Below are positions 1 through 9,153 of a DNA stretch of 41,259 bases, piece by piece. Each line of letters opens with the position of its first letter. Within the stretch, counting starts at the first letter, position 1. Location: assembly GCA_964521665.1 (NCBI GenBank), contig CAZFSG010000002.1:15825-57083 (forward strand), written 5' to 3'. This DNA is from an uncultured Elusimicrobia bacterium (GTDB lineage Bacteria; Elusimicrobiota; Endomicrobiia; DTEH01). The position numbers and the translations under genes are program-made. Below the pieces are notes generated by a model. It was given only the letters and a program-made list of their open reading frames with translations, made no database searches and had not been told where the DNA came from.

Positions 1-1
1 T

Positions 2-418
2 ATAATAGCGTTTTATATCTTTGTATATTTAGACATTTTTTTTCGTGCACGTTCTGCATATTTTGAAGCAGAAAAATATCTAGATTGGTATTATAATCCA
101 TCAAAGAAAATAGAATATATACAAAAACAAACAGAAAAAGAAAGACAAAATTTAGATAAACTTTTATCAAAAGGAAAAATATCAAAAGAAGAATACCAGA
201 TTAAGTTAGAACTTATAGAGTTTAATAAACAAAGACAATTAGAAGAAAGTTCATTAAAATATGCATATATCTGGTATAAAACAGTGATAGATTTATTTTA
301 TCCACCGCAAACTAAATGGGTAAAACTTGCCAAACAAAAAATTGAACAAGTTAAACAGTTGTGGAAAAAAGAACTTGAGCAAAAAGGATATAAAATAGAA
401 GATTATATGATAGAATAA
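2..418 (+). CDS. Hypothetical protein, 5'-truncated by window edge (hydrophobic N-terminal stretch, then helical/charged domain)
   Basis: Frame 2 is open from the window start to TAA at 416-418 (IIAFYIFVYLDIFFRARSAYFEAEKYLDW...GYKIEDYMIE*). It ends 4 nt before the panD ATG and is absent from the ORF track because it has no start in the window. Confidence 0.75.
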   Translation: MIAFYIFVYLDIFFRARSAYFEAEKYLDWYYNPSKKIEYIQKQTEKERQNLDKLLSKGKISKEEYQIKLELIEFNKQRQLEESSLKYAYIWYKTVIDLFYPPQTKWVKLAKQKIEQVKQLWKKELEQKGYKIEDYMIE

Positions 419-422
419 AATT

Positions 423-782
423 ATGTACATAAAATTTTTAAAATCAAAACTACAAGGATTAACTGTAACTGCAAAAAATCTTTATTATACTGGAAGCATA
501 AAACTTGACAGAAATTTCTTAGAGTTAGCAAATATACAACCTTATGAAATTGTCTTAGTTATAAACATTAGTAATGGAGAACGATTTGAAACATATGTTA
601 TCCCTGCAAAAAAAGGGTCAAAAACTGTTGCTTTACAAGGCGGTGCTGCAAGATTAGGTGAAGTAGGAGACCAACTTATAATTATGTCGTTTTGGTATAA
701 AGAAGTAAAAGATGATAAGAGTAAAAAACCTGTTAAAATTATATTTAATAAAAACAACACAATTAAAAAAATTATAAAATAA
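423..782 (+). CDS. panD: Aspartate 1-decarboxylase (pyruvoyl-dependent proenzyme)
   Basis: K9, Y22-x-G24/S25 self-cleavage site (YTGS), NGERFETY (R54/T57/Y58), GGAAR and GDQLII; 119 aa. Confidence 0.92.
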   Translation: MYIKFLKSKLQGLTVTAKNLYYTGSIKLDRNFLELANIQPYEIVLVINISNGERFETYVIPAKKGSKTVALQGGAARLGEVGDQLIIMSFWYKEVKDDKSKKPVKIIFNKNNTIKKIIK

Positions 783-803
783 CACAATTATCTTTCCAAA
801 GTT

Positions 804-2393
804 ATGTTTGACTTACCAAAATATTTAAGCACTGTAGCATTGGAAACATATCTACAATGTCCATATAAGTTCAAAATATTATATATTGACCGTATAGGTA
901 CCAGGTATAAAAAACCTCAACCATACTATTCATTTGGAAATACTATACACAAAGTTCTTGCTGAATTTTTTAAAATCACAAATCTTCAAGAACGTACAAT
1001 TGATAAGTTACTTTTGTTGTTGGACACATACTGGATTTCTGAAGGATATTCTACAAAAGAACAAGAAGCTGAGTATAAACATAATGCTGTTTATTTATTA
1101 AAAAATTTTTTTGAAAATAATGATGTTACAATCACACCACTATTTAGTGAAAAGTTTTTTAGAATAAGTATTGAAGATTTTTTTCTTACAGGAAAAATAA
1201 ATCGTATAGATGAAGTTCCTGGTGGTGTTGAAATAATTGACTATAAGACAGGTGGATATATTCCAAAAAGTGAAGAACTTGAAAAAGACCTGCAGATGAA
1301 TATTTATGCATTATGTTGTTGGGAGAAATATAAATTGTTTCCAAAAATTGTCTCACAAATTTTTTTACAACATAACCAAAAAATTTCTGTTTCTAAAACA
1401 CCTCAGTGTATACAAGAAACAAAACAAAATATAATAGATATCGTCAGACGAATATATTCTGACAGCGAATTCCTACCTCAACAGAATAATTTATGTCCAT
1501 ATTGTGATATTCTACCGATATGTCCTTTGATGGGTATGGGTGTTAAAATTGTAAAAGAAAAAGAATTAGAACAAGATTTTAAAATTATTAATAAACAACT
1601 ACAACGTGCTATTAACGATTTACATCTTTTGAACAAAATTAGTTTAGATATAGCAGAAATAATAGATACACAAAAAATTATATCATCAATACCCGATTTT
1701 ATTTCAGGATCTGGGATAGTTAAAAAAGTTGCAATATATTTATATAACGAAGAAAATAAATGTTTTACATTAGCTGAAAACTTACAAAATATTTCTATTA
1801 CTCCAAAGATAGATTTTGAAACGATACACCATATAGTAAAATTTAATAACGAGTCTTTACCACAAGCAGAAATTTTATCACCAAACAATATCTATATCTT
1901 TAAAGAATTTTCTTCTACTGAAATCTTATTTTTACCTATGGTCTCAAGAGGTAATTTTTTAGGATTTATTTTATGTAGTGAAAAGAAGGATTACTCCAAC
2001 TTTACAAATTATGATATTTCTTTATTACAAAGTTTAGTTAACCACATTGCTGTTGCGTTACATAATGCACAACTTTATGAGTTAGCTATTACTGACGGTC
2101 TTACAAAATTGTTTATTCATAGGTTTTTTATTTCAAGATTAGAATACGAGATTTTGCGTGTACAAAGGTATAACACAACATTTTCTTTACTTTTGATAGA
2201 TATAGATCATTTCAAACAAATAAACGATACTTATGGACATCTTGTTGGTGACGAAGTATTAAGACAACTTGCAAAAATTTTGTTATCATCAGTAAGAATA
2301 ACAGATGTTGTATGTAGATATGGAGGGGAAGAATTTGCTATATTATTGATAGAATGTGGTCATGAATGGGCACAAAAATTGTTTACAGAATAA
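804..2393 (+). CDS. Fusion of RecB/Cas4/AddB-like PD-(D/E)xK Fe-S nuclease domain, coiled coil, GAF and GGDEF diguanylate cyclase; C-terminus frameshifted as assembled (reconstructed end 2588, 594 aa)
   Basis: Nuclease domain: LSTVALETYLQCPYKF, FGNTIHKVL, GKINRID, IIDYKTG, LQMNIY, CPYCDILPIC. GAF end: FTNYDISLLQSLVNHIAVALHNAQLY. GGDEF: TDGLTKL, DIDHFKQINDTYGHLVGD, RITD I-site, RYGGEEF. Confidence 0.88.
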   Translation: MFDLPKYLSTVALETYLQCPYKFKILYIDRIGTRYKKPQPYYSFGNTIHKVLAEFFKITNLQERTIDKLLLLLDTYWISEGYSTKEQEAEYKHNAVYLLKNFFENNDVTITPLFSEKFFRISIEDFFLTGKINRIDEVPGGVEIIDYKTGGYIPKSEELEKDLQMNIYALCCWEKYKLFPKIVSQIFLQHNQKISVSKTPQCIQETKQNIIDIVRRIYSDSEFLPQQNNLCPYCDILPICPLMGMGVKIVKEKELEQDFKIINKQLQRAINDLHLLNKISLDIAEIIDTQKIISSIPDFISGSGIVKKVAIYLYNEENKCFTLAENLQNISITPKIDFETIHHIVKFNNESLPQAEILSPNNIYIFKEFSSTEILFLPMVSRGNFLGFILCSEKKDYSNFTNYDISLLQSLVNHIAVALHNAQLYELAITDGLTKLFIHRFFISRLEYEILRVQRYNTTFSLLLIDIDHFKQINDTYGHLVGDEVLRQLAKILLSSVRITDVVCRYGGEEFAILLIECGHEWAQKLFTE

Positions 2394-2588
2394 AAGAAAA
2401 TGTTGAAAAAGCAGTGTTTAAGATTGATAAATTAGAATTACATCTTACAGTAAGTATCGGAGTGGAAACATATTATGATGGAGCCACAGTTAATGAAATT
2501 ATTGAACATACAGATAAAGCGTTGTATCAAGCAAAAAAAATTAGGACGAAATAGGGTTGTTATTTATGATAAAATTTTTGATGAATAA
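2374..2588 (+). pseudogene. Out-of-frame C-terminal part of the GGDEF domain of the 804 gene
   Basis: Adding one A to the A5 run (2374-2378) gives WAQKIVYRIKENVEK...LTVSIGV...DKALYQAK. Removing one A from the A8 run (2533-2540) gives the canonical KLGRNRVVIYDKIFDE*, stop 2586-2588. Confidence 0.8.
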
Positions 2589-3297
2589 CAAAATATTGAA
2601 ATTTTTTTATGCGGTGATGCTGTTACCTTTTTGCTACTCAATCTTTGTTACTTTGATTTATGTTATAAAAAATACTCAATTAAGTAATAAACTTGTCCAA
2701 TTTTTTCTTTTAGGAGCGGGTGTATATTTTGTTATTCATGTGTTATTATATAAACCAATAAAATTATATGTTATAGGTCACGAACTTATGCATATGATAA
2801 GCACCTACATTTGTGGAGGGAAAGTTAAAAAAGTAAAAATAGGTTCTTCATATGGTAGCGTGAATGTTAACAAAATTAATACTTTTATTGCCTTATCACC
2901 ATATTTTGTTCCTTTATATACTATTATCATAATATTTTTATGGTTTGTTTTAAAATACATTGGTAAAGTTAATTTATCAACTGAAATTCTATCATTCTTT
3001 GTAGGATTTACTATAATGTTCCATATTATGCTTACAATATATGCGATATATATTGGTCAGCAAGATTTTAAAATTTCTGGGTGGTTGTTTTCAATAGTTG
3101 TAATTTTTATAATTAACTGTCTGATATTAATCCTTTTATTTATGTTAATGTTTTCACCTAAGATAACTATTTCTCAAATAAAAGACTTTTTTATATTAAA
3201 TACAAAAAATACATATATTTTATGCTATAAAAAGCTAACAAATTTGTCCATTTATATTAAAACATTTTTTACTAAAAATGTATCCAAAAGTTTTTAA
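2581..3297 (+). CDS. Integral membrane HExxH zinc metalloprotease, M50/M50B-like
   Basis: Multiple hydrophobic helices, GHELMHMISTYICGGKV and IALSPYF. Start 2581 preferred because ATGAATAA overlaps the reconstructed upstream stop (ORF track start 2557). Confidence 0.65.
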   Translation: MNNKILKFFYAVMLLPFCYSIFVTLIYVIKNTQLSNKLVQFFLLGAGVYFVIHVLLYKPIKLYVIGHELMHMISTYICGGKVKKVKIGSSYGSVNVNKINTFIALSPYFVPLYTIIIIFLWFVLKYIGKVNLSTEILSFFVGFTIMFHIMLTIYAIYIGQQDFKISGWLFSIVVIFIINCLILILLFMLMFSPKITISQIKDFFILNTKNTYILCYKKLTNLSIYIKTFFTKNVSKSF

Positions 3298-3871
3298 TAT
3301 TGAAGTTCGCCAAGAAATAAAAAGAAAAAGTTTTCATTTGCTAACAATATTTTATCCTTTATTATATAACATCATTCCTTATAATACAGCAGTAATTATT
3401 TCTGCGTCTTTAATGATAATAGATTTAATATTGGAAACAATCCGGTTGTTATACCCATCTGTTAACAGATTAATATTAAAGATTTTCGAAGGCACATATA
3501 GAGAAAAAGAAAAAGAAAATGTTTCAACTTTGATATGGACATTATCAGGTGCGTTTCTTACGATATTTTTATTTCCAGATAATAAAAATATTGTAACATT
3601 AAGTTTATTATACCTTGCATTAGGAGATAGTGTAGCAGCATTAGTTGGAGTAAAGTTTGGCAAAATAAAGTTAGGTTCTAAAGGAAAAAGTTTAGAAGGA
3701 TCATTAGCATTTTTTGTGGTTGCGTTTCTTTGTAGTTTATTTTTTGTAAATATAGAATATGCATTTATATCGGCATTTTTAGGTGCAGCAATAGAATTTT
3801 TACCATTACCTGTAGATGATAATTTTATTTTACCAATTTTCATAGCAGGATTGTTAACTATTTTGTTATAA
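3278..3871 (+). CDS. CTP-dependent polyprenol/dolichol/phytol/diacylglycerol kinase family membrane protein
   Basis: RKSFHLL, GDSVAALVGVKFG, KSLEGS and DDNFILP motifs of the SEC59/DGK1/VTE5 family. Confidence 0.85.
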   Translation: MYPKVFNIEVRQEIKRKSFHLLTIFYPLLYNIIPYNTAVIISASLMIIDLILETIRLLYPSVNRLILKIFEGTYREKEKENVSTLIWTLSGAFLTIFLFPDNKNIVTLSLLYLALGDSVAALVGVKFGKIKLGSKGKSLEGSLAFFVVAFLCSLFFVNIEYAFISAFLGAAIEFLPLPVDDNFILPIFIAGLLTILL

Positions 3872-3873
3872 AT

Positions 3874-4599
3874 ATGAAATGTGTAGAAGTAAAAAATCTC
3901 TATAAAAGTTTTGATGGTAAAGATGTGTTAAAAAACATAAGTTTTGATGTTTTAAAAGGCGAAATTTTTATTTTATTAGGTCCTAATGGCGCAGGAAAAA
4001 CAACTACTGTTAAAATTTTATCAGGTGTAATAGAAGCTGATAAAGGCGAAGTTTATATTTTTAACAAGAAGATGTCTGTAGCTGCTATAGAACTAAAACA
4101 AATAATAGGTTATCTTCCTGACGAACCTTATATTTATAATAAACTCACTGGCAAAGAGTTTATTGAGTTTATAATGGGGATTTACAAAAAAAGAGTTGAC
4201 ATAAAAAAATACGAATTTTTTCTTGAACAGTTTGATTTAAAAGATGTTATAACCAAACCAATAGAAGTGTATTCAAAAGGAATGAAACAAAAATTGTTGT
4301 TATTAACAATTTTTCTTCGTGAACCAGAAGTATATATTTTAGATGAACCAATGATAGGACTTGATCCACAAAGTATAAGTTTTTTTAAACAGTTTATAAA
4401 AGAATTATCATATGAAGGGAAAACAATAATTTTGTGTACCCATATTTTAGAAGTTGCCCAACAATTAGCAAATAAAATTGCTATAATATACAACGGCGAA
4501 ATTTTACTCTGTGATACACAAACAGAACTTAAAAATAAATTTAAAACAAATAATTTAGAAGAAATTTATCTTTCTGTAATAAACAAAATATCAAAATGA
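3874..4599 (+). CDS. ABC transporter ATP-binding protein (ABC-2/multidrug type)
   Basis: Walker A GPNGAGKTT, signature YSKGMKQK, Walker B YILDEP, H-loop CTH. Confidence 0.92.
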   Translation: MKCVEVKNLYKSFDGKDVLKNISFDVLKGEIFILLGPNGAGKTTTVKILSGVIEADKGEVYIFNKKMSVAAIELKQIIGYLPDEPYIYNKLTGKEFIEFIMGIYKKRVDIKKYEFFLEQFDLKDVITKPIEVYSKGMKQKLLLLTIFLREPEVYILDEPMIGLDPQSISFFKQFIKELSYEGKTIILCTHILEVAQQLANKIAIIYNGEILLCDTQTELKNKFKTNNLEEIYLSVINKISK

Positions 4600-5147
4600 T
4601 TGAAAAATCAAACATACTTTTACATATATGTTGTGGTATATGCGCATTAGAATCTATAAAAAGATTAAAACAACAAAATTATGAAGTTGTTGGACATTTT
4701 TTTAACCCTAATATTTACCCTGAATCTGAATATTTAAAAAGAAAACAAGTTGTGGAAAAAGTTGCTGAAATTTATAAAATTAGAGTTATATATGATGAAT
4801 ATGAACCCCAAGTATGGGAAAATATATGTGGTTCATATAAAGATGAACCCGAAGGTGGGAAAAGATGCCTTCTTTGTTATCAACTGAGACTTAAAAAAAC
4901 ATTTGAAGTTGCTTTGAAAGAAAACTTTGAATTTTTTACCACCACCCTTACTATAAGTCCACATAAAAAATCTAATGTTATTTTTGAAATTGGAGAACAA
5001 ATTGGAGGAAAGAAGTTTCTAAAGATTGATTTTAAGAAACAAGACGGGTTCAAAAATACTATAAACCTTGCAAAACAACTTGGTTTATATCGACAGAACT
5101 ATTGCGGATGTAAGTTTTCGTTAAAAAATAGTATTTCTAAGAAATAG
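4596..5147 (+). CDS. queH: Epoxyqueuosine reductase QueH (DUF208)
   Basis: LLHICCGIC, FFNPNIYP..EY.KR, RCLLCYQLRL, TTTL.ISPHK, YRQNYCGC. Confidence 0.92.
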   Translation: MIEKSNILLHICCGICALESIKRLKQQNYEVVGHFFNPNIYPESEYLKRKQVVEKVAEIYKIRVIYDEYEPQVWENICGSYKDEPEGGKRCLLCYQLRLKKTFEVALKENFEFFTTTLTISPHKKSNVIFEIGEQIGGKKFLKIDFKKQDGFKNTINLAKQLGLYRQNYCGCKFSLKNSISKK

Positions 5148-5174
5148 TATATTTCTGAAACATTAAAAAAACAA

Positions 5175-5912
5175 ATGAATAACACAAATATTGTAGGAGT
5201 ATTAACAAGCAAAAATATCGTTCATCAATTTAATCTGCTTAGGAAATACAAAAATTTTGTTTCATTCGTAGAAGTTAGAATTGATACTTTTTATAAAGAT
5301 AAAACATCACAAAAAATGTTATTAGATGTATTTAAAAAAATAAGGGATTTTTTGCCTAATGTTAAGATTATAGTAACATTTAGGAAGTTTGACGAAGGAG
5401 GAGTAATAAAAGTTTCTGAAAATACAAGATTTTATGTTTTATCAAAAATTTTAGAAAAATACTCTCAATATGTAGACCTTATAGATATTGAATTTTTTTC
5501 AAAAATAAAACATAAAGTTATAGAATTGGTTAAAAAATATAAAAAAACTATAATTTTGTCTTATCATGAATTAAGTTCAAATGTTGATGGTAAAAAAATT
5601 ATAAAAGTTAGTAAGCAAATAGAAAATTTAGCAAAAATTAAAAAATGTAAATATTTTGTCAAAATAGTTTTTCGGTGTGAACGGTTCTCTGATTATTTAG
5701 AAGTACTAAAAAGTTATTATAGCAGGTATAAAAACATTAATATTTTCAAAAAAATAGCAATCTTCACTGTAGGTAAGACTTCTTTGCTTACAAGATTTTT
5801 ATGTTTACTTTTAAACATGCCGCTAGTTTATGGCGCAATATCATCCGCAGTAATACCAACACAGCCATCTATAATTAAACTTATCAATTTTAAAAAAATT
5901 TTTAATAAGTAA
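5175..5912 (+). CDS. aroD: Type I 3-dehydroquinate dehydratase (divergent)
   Basis: EVRID, IVTFR..DEGG, IDIE, ILSYH, Schiff-base Lys in VKIV. Confidence 0.75.
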   Translation: MNNTNIVGVLTSKNIVHQFNLLRKYKNFVSFVEVRIDTFYKDKTSQKMLLDVFKKIRDFLPNVKIIVTFRKFDEGGVIKVSENTRFYVLSKILEKYSQYVDLIDIEFFSKIKHKVIELVKKYKKTIILSYHELSSNVDGKKIIKVSKQIENLAKIKKCKYFVKIVFRCERFSDYLEVLKSYYSRYKNINIFKKIAIFTVGKTSLLTRFLCLLLNMPLVYGAISSAVIPTQPSIIKLINFKKIFNK

Positions 5913-6108
5913 TATCTGCATTATTACAACTTTTAAATTTTTGCCGATATTTAAGTTCCTATAAGATATATTATGTTAATTTAAATTGATAAACCAATGG
6001 ATTAAAAAAATTTTTAAAATATTCGATAAATCGAAAATTTTTAATAATTTTTAATGTAAAATATAAAAATTTGGGAATAAAACAAAACATGAAAATTAAA
6101 GTATTACT

Positions 6109-6891
6109 TTAAGATTTAAGAGGCAAAAAATAGCTTATAATTGAAAGCATCCTATGTTCAGTAGCATCTCTTCTGTAAGAAAAGAATTTTTTATTATGAA
6201 AAGTACAAATGTGTGAATTAAAAATTTGAGAGGGTCTTATATTAAAAAAAGTAAGTTGATTATAAAGCAAATTAAATAAAGAGAAGTTTTTCCCATCTAC
6301 AATATAACATTTTTCACAGATATGGGGACCTGCTACAAAAACAGTATCCTTTAAGGAAAAATGAGGCAGTAATGATAATTTTTTTAATAAGTTTTCAATA
6401 ATACCAAGCTGTAGACCTTTTCTTCCGATATGAAGAAGACCAAATATTTTATTTTTGTTATCTATAATAAACAAAGGAATGCAATCAGCAGTAAAAATAA
6501 CAATAATATCATCTAGAGAGTCAGTTATAATACCGTCTGTTTTTAAAAATAACTTATAAGAAAATACAAATTCACCAACTTGTAGTTTACTTGAAAAACA
6601 TTCTGTGTCTTGTTGTTTAACATAGATAACTCTATTACTGTGAATTTGTTCAGACATTAATATAGTTTTGTTTTTAAACTTCTCAGCATAAAGAGTAAGA
6701 AAAGACAACAAAGCAAAAGATTTTTCTTTGGAAATAAATGGTATAATAGATTTATTATTTTCTTCTGGAAAGGCTTTTTGATTTATTAGTTCCTTAGTAG
6801 TTGTAAGAAGTAAAAAATTGTTAATAGAAAAAGAAGTAAAAAATTTATTTATTTTCCACTGAGATGTTTTATTAAAAGTAAATTCATCCAC
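6109..6891 (-). CDS. pgeF: YfiH/PgeF family (peptidoglycan editing factor / purine nucleoside phosphorylase, laccase-domain protein)
   Basis: QIHS, DGIIT, TADCIPL, HIGRKG, GPHICEKCY, CT, FFSYRRD; GTG start. Confidence 0.85.
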   Translation of the reverse strand: MDEFTFNKTSQWKINKFFTSFSINNFLLLTTTKELINQKAFPEENNKSIIPFISKEKSFALLSFLTLYAEKFKNKTILMSEQIHSNRVIYVKQQDTECFSSKLQVGEFVFSYKLFLKTDGIITDSLDDIIVIFTADCIPLFIIDNKNKIFGLLHIGRKGLQLGIIENLLKKLSLLPHFSLKDTVFVAGPHICEKCYIVDGKNFSLFNLLYNQLTFFNIRPSQIFNSHICTFHNKKFFSYRRDATEHRMLSIISYFLPLKS

Positions 6892-6922
6892 TTAAATTAT
6901 TACAAAAAATATTTTTAGAAAC

Positions 6923-8053
6923 TTAAAAACGTTCAATAAGTCTTGAAGAAAGTTCGCTTGTAGACTCAATACCTTTTATTGCAAGCATAAGATCTTCAGG
7001 ACTTGACGCTGCTTGTAGAGCATCTTCTAATGCTACAACTCCATTCTTGAACAAATCTAACAAAGCCTGATTAAATGTTTGCATACCATAATGTTTTCCT
7101 TGTTTCATTAAATTTATAATATCTCCTAAATTTTTTTCTTCTATACATTTTTTAACTGCTGGTGTTACTACTAAAACTTCAACAGCAGGAACTAACCCTT
7201 TCTTATCCTTTCTTGGTAACAATCTTTGCGAAATTATACCCTTTAAAGTATCAGCAAGTTGCAGACGAACTTGATTTTGCTGATGTGGTGGAAACATATC
7301 GATTATTCTGTTTATTGTTTGTACAGCATCCACAGTATGAATAGTTGAAAGAACAAAATGTCCTAGCTGAGCTGCAGTAAGTGCAGCTTGCATTGTCTCA
7401 AGATCTCTCATTTCACCTATTAAAATTACATCTGGATTCTGTCTTACTACATGTTTTAATGCAGAAATAAATGAAGATGTGTCATATGGTACTTCTCTCT
7501 GAGTAATAATAGATTTTTTATCTTTATGTATAAATTCTATAGGATCTTCAATTGTCACAATATGTGCGGTTCGTGTTGAATTAATGTAGTCAATCATACA
7601 AGCTAATGTAGTAGATTTTCCAGAACCAGCCGGTCCTGTCACAAGTACTAACCCACGAACATTTTCTGCAAGTTTATATACTATTTCTGGCAAACCTAGT
7701 TGTTCCCTATTAGGTATTTGTAATGGGATACTCCTTATTGCAATATTTATAACGCCACGCTGGTAAAAAACATTCATTCTTAGACGCGCTATATTTTCAA
7801 AATTATATCCAATATCACATTCTTTTTCTATTTCAAACCTTTCTTTTTGCTGTGATGACATTATATGGAAAACGAACTCTTTGATATCTTCTTCTGTAAG
7901 CACTTCTTGTTGTGATTCATCAAACATTGGTTGTAATACACCATTTATTCTAATATAAGGCACACAATTACTTCTTAGATGTAAATCACTACCTTTTGCT
8001 ATCAAAAACTTTCTTATTATATTAAATATTTTTTCAATCCTTTCTTCATTCAT
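6923..8053 (-). CDS. pilT: Type IV pilus retraction ATPase, PilT/PilU family
   Basis: SDLHL, Walker A GPAGSGKSTT, TIEDPIE, Walker B ILIGEMRD, His box GHFVLSTIH, GMQTFNQAL. Confidence 0.88.
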   Translation of the reverse strand: MNEERIEKIFNIIRKFLIAKGSDLHLRSNCVPYIRINGVLQPMFDESQQEVLTEEDIKEFVFHIMSSQQKERFEIEKECDIGYNFENIARLRMNVFYQRGVINIAIRSIPLQIPNREQLGLPEIVYKLAENVRGLVLVTGPAGSGKSTTLACMIDYINSTRTAHIVTIEDPIEFIHKDKKSIITQREVPYDTSSFISALKHVVRQNPDVILIGEMRDLETMQAALTAAQLGHFVLSTIHTVDAVQTINRIIDMFPPHQQNQVRLQLADTLKGIISQRLLPRKDKKGLVPAVEVLVVTPAVKKCIEEKNLGDIINLMKQGKHYGMQTFNQALLDLFKNGVVALEDALQAASSPEDLMLAIKGIESTSELSSRLIERF

Positions 8054-8057
8054 ATAA

Positions 8058-9149
8058 TTATTTTAACACTCGCAATTTGCCAGTTCTATAAAACTCAAAT
8101 TTAGGTGTAGCTTCTGTAGTAATTTCAGTGTTTTCATCATTATTTTTATATTTAATAGAACCTATTGCTTTTTTTATTTTTTTATGTTCAATTTTTTGGA
8201 ATCCACTTGCTATGATAGTTACATCCACTTTATCCTCAAACTCATCAGAATTTACAAATCCCATGTATGTAATTACATCTTTATCAGTATATTGATGGAG
8301 GTACTCCCAAGCTTGACGTACATCATGTCCTGTTATATTCTTTCCACAAATGTTTACTAACAAATTTTTAGCATTACGAATATCAAATTCCATAAACTGA
8401 CTATTCATAGCATTTTTTATAGCTTTTTTTAGACAGTTTTCTGTATTTGCACTTTCTACTCCATAAGACATTAATATTTCTCCAGCATTTTTTAAAACAT
8501 TTCTTGCATCAGCAAAATCAACATTTACAAACCCAGGTTGTGTGATAACCTTCCACATACTTAAAACTGCTTTGTGTAAAACATCGTCTGCTAATTTATA
8601 CAGAACTTCATCAAAAATCAAGTCAGGATATAATTCTAAAAATCTGTCGTTTGGGATGACAAGTATCGCATCAGCATATTTTTTAAGTTCTGTGATACCT
8701 GCTAACGCATTCTCCATTCTTTTGATGCCTTCATGTTTAAAAGGTTTTGTAACAACTGCCACTGTGAGTACACCAAGTTCTTTAGCAATTCTTGCTATAA
8801 CAGGTGTAGCACCAGTACCTGTCCCTTTTCCCATGCCACAAGTTAAAAATACCATATCTGTATTTGTCAATAAATCTCGGAGTATATCAGCTGATTCTTC
8901 AGCTGCTTGTTTTCCAACAGCAGGATCACCACCTGACCCTTGTCCTTTTGTAGTCTTTACTCCAATTTGTATAACAATAGGTGCATGAGAACCTTTCAAA
9001 GCCTGAAGGTCAGTATTTATAGCAATAATATCTACTGAAGGATCAATAAGTCCAGCCGTTACCATTCTATTTATTGCATTTCCCCCAGCGCCACCTATTC
9101 CCATTATTTTAATTCTTACAGGATATTTTTTTATAATCTCTTCATTCAT
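8058..9149 (-). CDS. ftsZ: Cell division GTPase FtsZ
   Basis: GIGGAGGNAINRM, INTDLQAL, GMGKGTGTGA, PF.HEG..R, IPND, T7 loop NVDFAD. Confidence 0.96.
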   Translation of the reverse strand: MNEEIIKKYPVRIKIMGIGGAGGNAINRMVTAGLIDPSVDIIAINTDLQALKGSHAPIVIQIGVKTTKGQGSGGDPAVGKQAAEESADILRDLLTNTDMVFLTCGMGKGTGTGATPVIARIAKELGVLTVAVVTKPFKHEGIKRMENALAGITELKKYADAILVIPNDRFLELYPDLIFDEVLYKLADDVLHKAVLSMWKVITQPGFVNVDFADARNVLKNAGEILMSYGVESANTENCLKKAIKNAMNSQFMEFDIRNAKNLLVNICGKNITGHDVRQAWEYLHQYTDKDVITYMGFVNSDEFEDKVDVTIIASGFQKIEHKKIKKAIGSIKYKNNDENTEITTEATPKFEFYRTGKLRVLK

Positions 9150-9153
9150 ATTT

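Noticed and set aside
2366-2554. Independent 62-aa ORF
   Set aside because: It is the frameshifted GGDEF C-terminal segment (TVSIGV, DKALYQAK).
6001-6055. Imperfect inverted repeat around TTCGA-TAAA-TCGAA between convergent aroD and pgeF
   Set aside because: It is almost entirely A/T with several mismatches. It could be a weak bidirectional terminator but is not distinguishable from chance.
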